Origin: Lytechinus pictus
Lineage: Eukaryota
Length of the DNA: 64,000 nt
Direction of reading: 5' to 3'
Assembly: GCF_037042905.1 (NCBI RefSeq)
Contig: NC_087251.1
Coordinates: forward strand, 21,392,001-21,456,000
The position numbers and the translations under genes were made by a program. A model generated the notes under the pieces. The model did not search any database. It was not told the DNA's origin and was given only the letters and a program-made list of their open reading frames with translations. Of the stretch, positions 57,361 to 64,000 are shown piece by piece; position 1 is the stretch's first letter, and each line of letters begins with the position of its first letter.

Positions 57361-60300
57361 TTTACTAGTATTAGCCCCCAGCTAATCTCTGAACTGCACA
57401 ATTTGAGATCAATCTCGTGGTTTATCTTATTCACAAATTTGAATCAAAGTAATTGGAGCTTGGCCTAATATCGTCACAGGTTGTATTGGATACGTAGAAA
57501 ACATAGGAAGAAAGAGAGTTTGAGCATGGTCGTTAAGAGATATAAAAATGAAATGAAAATAGGGGGAAGCGAGACGATGAAAGGGATTTTTTCTGTTCGG
57601 ATCAAATAACTATAGAACCATATGGTTTGTTTGTTCCTTGAACGCGTGGATTCACCATTATCGTGATCAAGAGTTTCTTTATTTCAATCTTTTGGGATTT
57701 ATATTCAAATCAACGAAAGGTGGAAATACTTTACACAATAGAATAAAAGATGACTAATATGGGGCATCATCGACTTTCTCATTTGCAAATGATATATACA
57801 TGTATGTTCAAGGCTCTACATAGGATCTTCATCGGAAGGGGAGGGGGGGCACAGAGAGAAAATGAAAGAAAAGAATAAAATGTGATATATATTGTTTTAT
57901 GTCAAAATCTATCACAAAATTACATTTCTATTTTGAAGCAAAATTACACATTTTTGCTCGCTCTCGACTTTTTTTTTAAATCATAATGAATTTGGGTTGT
58001 AATGCTTGTGTAAAGTCTTAAGCGCCGTCTCTTTGAAATGGCTTTTGACAACTGTCATGATTCTCATGAACCCGTCTCACCTCCATAACTAAGGCCAGAC
58101 CATCACGAATCTATTATATTGACCATGAATTTGTGTGCAATGAAAACTAGTCATTTATACCTTGAAATCTTAACTATGTTGACTTGAGATTGGTTATCGA
58201 TGCCTCTTGTTTGAAGACCCAAACTTTTTGAGATAACGGATGTACTTTTATCATTTAAGATGTTTACAGTCCATACTGCATAAAGGCGATAGACATTGTA
58301 GTCATCGCTCACTGATATGAAATGTCGACTAGACAACCCAAAATACCGTTCTGAGAACAGCTGGCTAATTCATTGCCCCAAATTTATTCATAATTTTCTT
58401 ATCAAAAATCCGAATGATTTTTTTATCACGAGAAAGCAAATTCCTTTCTAGCTGATATCACTTTTGTTAGCTTAATTTGAATATCATTCTTCATTCCAAA
58501 AGATACACAAAAGATATCGTGTTTTTTCTACAATTTTCAATCAGTAGCGTACGTATGGGAGTTGGGCTCTTGACAATTTTCACTCATTATTTTGTAGGCC
58601 ACTGACATTCTTTCTTGAATCAGCTAATGAAATAGTGTATCACAATTCAGTTCAAGAAAATAATGATTTATCTTGTAACCCTCTCGTTAACTTTTCTCAG
58701 ATTCAAGTATCAAATCCAGAGACTCGCAATTTGTAAAGTGACATTATGGTTAGACCAAGGAGATTTCACTTTGCTTTAAAATACAATATAATACGTAAAG
58801 AAATAATGGAACTCATCCTTAAAGATACCATTCCATTTGCTTAATAACCTTCATGTTAATTTTCAAATAGTCATCAAAGTGACAAGTGGTGGATCTAAAC
58901 ACGGACGATCTAAGTATATATGGAAAGAAACTTGCAATCATCTGTTAGTCAACTTATTGATAAAAAATCAATCATAAAATCTTCAAGTAATTGTAAATTC
59001 GCTATTTATTGATACGCTGTAATGATTTGCTATACATGTACTTAAATTAGATTTTGTGATTAATTTTAAATAGTTTCTTGCAGCATCCGCTAGCTTGCAT
59101 AAATTCAGAATGGATGCCATTTTGTAGCACCTATTTTATCTTCGGAAGTAACATTGGAGTTTATTAATATGATTTTGTTCGTTTTCGATATCATTTTCCT
59201 TGCATAAACATGCATGTGTTGCTATTTTGTAAATTCGTTCCAGCAATCCGGCATTTGTTTGAACTAAATTATCTCCTCCTTTGCTTGTTTTGAAGTGCTT
59301 CGTCATAAAATCCGCAGTAAAACGATAGCAATGAACTATAGCTGGATTAAAGGTTATTGAACAGACAAATGTGAAGCCAATGAAGAAAAATGTTATGATA
59401 ATGATAATATTTATTACAATCAAAGGTTAACGGGTAAAATATTTCAGGTAAAAGAAGAATGAAATAGCAAATAATATTATAAAACAACAAAATATAAATT
59501 GCATTATCATTATATATATATATATATCTATATATCTCTTACATAATGAATACAAAAGATATGTTACTGTGTCAATTAATATAACATTTGGTTCTGTACC
59601 ATAACTCTCAAAACAGGATACTTCCGTTACGTGTATGCGAGGGAGCATAGCGGCCAAACAATGTAATTTGCAAATTTCATTATAAATTTAGCAATATGGC
59701 GCACCTAAAAATACTTTGAGTGCTTCTCAAAATTTAGGAGAAATTCATCTGCCAATTATAGTTTATAAAATGAACTACTTTTATTCTGGCAAATTCATCT
59801 ATGGAGCTACTGTGCAAGAGATATGTTGAATTTAATCATTCATTTTGTCTAATAGAATACAAGAATGACCAATATATATTTTGGAGTTCTCAAACCATCA
59901 TGGATAGGAGTTCGCATATCTAGAAAATAAATTATGAAAAAGAAAGCGTGCTCTCAAATTAACGACACCCCCACATCGTCGTAATCATCTCTTTTTTTTC
60001 TCTCTCTCTCTGTCCGTTCGTTTCCTGCCTTTTGATATATGTTTTCTTTCTCTTTTAACTTCCTTTGTTCTTTCTCCGTCTCTAATTCTCTCTCTCCCTT
60101 TCTTTCGCTCCCTTTATCCCTCATGTTATAATTTTATTATTGGCGTTTTCTTTAAATTCCAACCGGTAGTGGCTCTTTAAGTCAACCCACATGTTTAATT
60201 TTCTGTTTCGTCCTTAGCAGACAGAAAATTAACTTCTTGTACACGACAATTTTCGACTAATCAAACATCTGTCTTTGATCGTGGTCCATGAGGGGTTGTT

Positions 60301-60874
60301 CTATGAAGTTATTTGTAAAGCTACTCGTCAGTTTACGAATGATTTGCAATATGAAGTACTCACATTTCCAGATATTTTTACTGAGAATACCTGTCTTTAA
60401 AATTGTTTTACTTAGATAGTTGCAAACAAACAAAAATGATTTTGCACCAATAGAACGTTTAAACATGTGCTCATGTTACTTTGTGGAAAACAAGAAATGT
60501 AAATATTCTGTTTGGCCCTTCATTTGGTATCCTTAATGTTGGCATTGACCCTAGTCCTTCAGCTTTTCGACCTTTAACTTTGATCGCCACATTATTTGAT
60601 TTACATATTGAGTGAAGGATCGGTTTGTATTCAGTTCAATTAGTCTAAAGGGTTTATTTTTTCTTAATTGAAATTTTATGTGATCAAAAGATCAATGAGG
60701 TTCAACAGTTCACCCTAAATGATAAGGGTTGCATTACGGGGAGTCGGGGGAGTGGAAAGCACCCCTCAACTGAAATTATTTTTATTGTATTTTCTTCAAG
60801 AGATCGGGAGAAGGAAATGAAATAAACAGAACATTATTTTCAACTTAGCATGCAAGTAAATTATTTCATTGCAT

Positions 60875-61250
60875 TTGGTTGGTTGGTTGGTGGGTTGGTG
60901 GGTGGGTGGGTGGGTAGTTGGTTGGTTGCATGGTTGGTTGGTTGGTGGGTTGGTGGGTGGGTGGGTGGGTAGTTGGTTGGTTGGTTGGTTGGTTGGTTGG
61001 TTGGTTGGTTGGTTGGTTGGTTGGTTGGTTGGTTGGTTGGTGGGTTGGTTGGTTGGTGGGTTGGTGGGTTGGTGGGTTGGTGGGTTGGTGGGTTGGTGGG
61101 TGGGTGGGTGGGTGGGTGGTTGGTTGGTTGGTTGGTTGGTTGGTGGGTTGGTTGGTTGGTGGGTTGGTGGGTGGGTGGGTTGGTGGGTGGGTTGGTGGGT
61201 GGGTGGGTGGGTGGTTGGTTGGATGGTTGGTTGGTTGATTGATTGATCGA
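60875..61250 (+). repeat. (GGTT)n/(GGGT)n compound microsatellite
   Basis: Directly visible; it explains the W/V/G/L and P/T/N/Q/H ORFs. Confidence 0.95.
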
Positions 61251-61950
61251 TCGATTGCTCGAAGGATGGATGGAGGGAGGGATTGGGAATTTATTTCATT
61301 TCGAATTTTCAAAACTAATTATTATGACAAAGGCTTTTCATCGAAATAAGCCTACTATGGCCCTGTCAACAAACTTTTCAATAATAACTCCTGCGTCCCC
61401 TACTTGCCCCTTACTATTTGCATCCTTTTTCCATTTCATAATCCATAACCAACTACTACTTCGCTCTAATAATGGAGCATATTGACGCTTTTTTTCAACT
61501 CACAAATAATTGGTACACGATAACCACGGAAATTAATACAAAAATTACACAAAGTGACATAATTAATTATCATCCCGATAGGACAAGATGGTTTGTGGAA
61601 CTAAAACAAACAAATAAAAACTTTTTAAAATGTATACAGTTATTACTTATGTGGAAAGTTTTTTCCCCAATAAGCAGCGAAATGGATTATTTCACGAATT
61701 TTGATGCGAGTCTCGACACCGCCCCATTTCTAGCCGCCACTACCTGCCCTGTTATGTATACCTTTACAAAGATAAAGATCATTTAGTAAACAAAATAATC
61801 GGGATATATATACTACTACCCTGACCAATTATCGTTTAAATCACAGGTTGCACTACTGTTTCACCTCACGAACAAATCAGTGCTCTTTCAAAGTTATAAT
61901 TTTTTTAAAGTTTATTTCCATCGCGAACTCAAAATCGACGATTATCAAAT

Positions 61951-62295
61951 ATGAGCGACGACGTCGTAGGGCTGGGCGCCTGGGACTACGTCCTCTTCGC
62001 GATTATGTTGGTGGTTTCGGCTGCCATCGGGATTTATTCGGCATGTTCCGGAGGACGGCAGCGAACAGCCGACGAGTACTTACTCGGTAATCGTGAGATG
62101 AGCATCATACCTGTTGCTCTTTCAATGATGGTTAGCTATATATCGGCCATCTCTGTCCTGGGTTTACCTTCCGAGATTTACATGTTCAATACCATGTTCA
62201 TCTGGAACACTGTTGGTTATGCAATAGGAGCATTGGTTGCCACCCAGATGTTTGTACCAATGTTCTTTGAATTGAAACTAACCAGTATCTATGAG
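61951..62295 (+). CDS. First coding exon of a sodium:solute symporter, SLC5A5/6/8/12 subfamily (SMCT/SMVT/NIS-like); the gene continues beyond the window
   Basis: WDYVLFAIMLVVSAAIGIY..GGRQRTADEYLLGNREM..IPVALS..SYISAISVLGLPSEIY..FVPMFFELKLTSIYE, followed by the donor GAG|GTATGG at the usual YE|YLE position. The exon is 345 nt, phase 0. The exact paralogue cannot be assigned. Confidence 0.92.
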
Positions 62296-63152
62296 GTATG
62301 GATAAAGAATTATTTTAGTCCTTCGTAAATCAAAAAAATATATAAATATACAAAACTAAATCATCTTTAACTCCAACATGTCCAATGTCTTTAAAGTTTT
62401 TAGACATTACTTTAAACAAGAATGACGATCTTGAGCGACTAACAAACCAATGAATCATTGTATTTACAGAGAAATACCTATTTAGAATTATTCAAATTAA
62501 TAGTTTTAACAAATATAATTGCTAATCATCGAATAATTAAAACTATATAACTAAGTGAAGATTCGTTTAAAGCAAAACAAAACTTGAATTTCAAGGAAGA
62601 ATGAGAGTGCTATGATCAATATAATTAGAAGAAGAATTTTTAATCCATGAGAGATTTTACTTTTTTTCTTAATGGCAGTACTTGGAGCTTCGTTTCAACA
62701 AATGCATCAGTGTGATAAACATTTGTATTTTCTTCTTTCAAATGGTATGTATTATTTATTCTTTCAATCCATGTTTCTTTCTGATACCACTGCCTCCTTA
62801 AAGTTTGTCGTAAATCTATGTAAAACATTGTAAATGATTGGGTATATCATCTAAAATCCCAATCATATAAAAGAGTATATTTACCATTTTCATTCATTGA
62901 TCATTTTTCGTGAAATTATACATTTCCATAAACATGATAAAGGATATTTTAGCGCTTTCACGATTATGTCATTTTTTCTTTAAAATGTGCTCTTTGATCT
63001 GAATATTTGTCTAACATATTTACTGAGTCAGAAAGCTATAAAAAATATATCCTCTGCAAACTACATGCATTCTTTACTTGAAATATGACCCGTGACCAAA
63101 ATTTATTTTAATGTATAATTGTAATAAACTATTTTATTCCATATATTCTACA

Positions 63153-63569
63153 CAGTGGCGTACCTAGGATTTTTCACAGGGGGGGCAAAACCGTCCGCCA
63201 AAAAATTTGACAAGCCAAAAAAAAAAAAAAAAAAAAAAAAAAGGTCTTCAATCACAAGTGAAGGATTTCGTACCAGAAAAAAATTTGACAAGGCCAAAAA
63301 AAAAAAAAAAAAAAAAAAAGGTCTTCAATCACAAGTGAAGGATTTCGTACACCAGAAAAAAATTTGACAAGCAAAAAAAAAAAAAAAAAAAAAAGGTCTT
63401 CAAGCTCGTTAGGGGGGCCAATAAAGGTCTTCAAGTTCGTCAGGGGGGGCAAAAAAGGTCTTTCAAGCTCGTCAGGGGGGGCAGGGATACGTCCTTTGCA
63501 TGGGTTGTGGCTCGTCAGGGGGGGGGGGGGCAGACTGCCCCCTCTGCCCCCCCCGTAGGTACGCTAGTG
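63153..63569. mobile_element. hAT-like MITE in SLC5 intron 1
   Basis: CAGTGGCGTACCTA / TAGGTACGCTAGTG; TSD ATTCTACA at 63145-63152 and 63570-63577; internal AAATTTGACAAG(A)nGGTCTTCAA repeats. Confidence 0.9.
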
Positions 63570-64000
63570 ATTCTACACCATTCATGGGCATGTATACTTT
63601 CAGATTAGGTAGTAATAAAATGCTTGGGGGGTATAAAGTACCTATGTCATGTCATTTTTATATAGATGTACTATGTAAAAGATAAACTTATTATCAACAA
63701 GATCTGTGGTTTTACAAATTTTTCTTTCTTTCCTCGTTTTACAAATTATAAAGTATATTTATTTTCATTTTGTTGTTAGATGTGACCTATTCTGATGGTA
63801 ATATTAATTTCGTTTCTATTGTTTGAAGGGATGGTCCGGGCAGAAAATATTTATATCTAATTAAATAGAGTAAATTTCACAAAGCGAAATGTTGACAATT
63901 TTATCAAAATTGGATGACAAATAGCGAAGTTATTGAATTTTAGCGTTTATCAATATTTTGTAAAAACAGTATGCACATCATCATGAATATTCATTGGGTG

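Noticed and set aside
58151..59423. Minus-strand ORFs 58151-58336 and 59136-59423 as exons of a hidden gene
   Set aside because: I recognise no homology and found no convincing splice-phase chain. A BLASTX search would be needed to exclude a decayed coding fragment.
60866..61312. GW-rich and PTNQ-rich ORFs
   Set aside because: They are microsatellite translations, open in many frames.

Overview
AT-rich, intron-rich animal genomic DNA. The repeat repertoire suggests a sea urchin, but that is an inference. I reconstructed the genes by hand with splice-phase checks. Three are complete: ESF1 (+, 10 coding exons, ~784 aa), NDUFAF7 (-, 11 exons, ~461 or 443 aa) and a NEPRO/DUF4477 orthologue (+, 9 exons, ~963 aa). 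The window also holds the first coding exon of an SLC5A5/6/8/12-type sodium:solute symporter. NDUFAF7 and NEPRO are head-to-head with 340 bp between start codons; ESF1 and NDUFAF7 are tail-to-tail. NEPRO has a U12-type intron, a 6 x 26-aa internal repeat and a very long basic disordered tail. Introns are full of non-autonomous transposons, often nested several layers deep with intact target-site duplications (TSDs) of TA, TTAA, 6, 7 and 8 bp. These include a 5.7-kb TU/foldback-like element, Helentron-associated (HINE-like) elements carrying arrays of perfect nuclear-receptor DR1 sites, tRNA-derived SINEs and a decayed BEL/Pao gag fragment. I found no autonomous transposase and no clearly new multi-gene system. 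Most short ORFs in the track are noise from low-complexity or repeat DNA.
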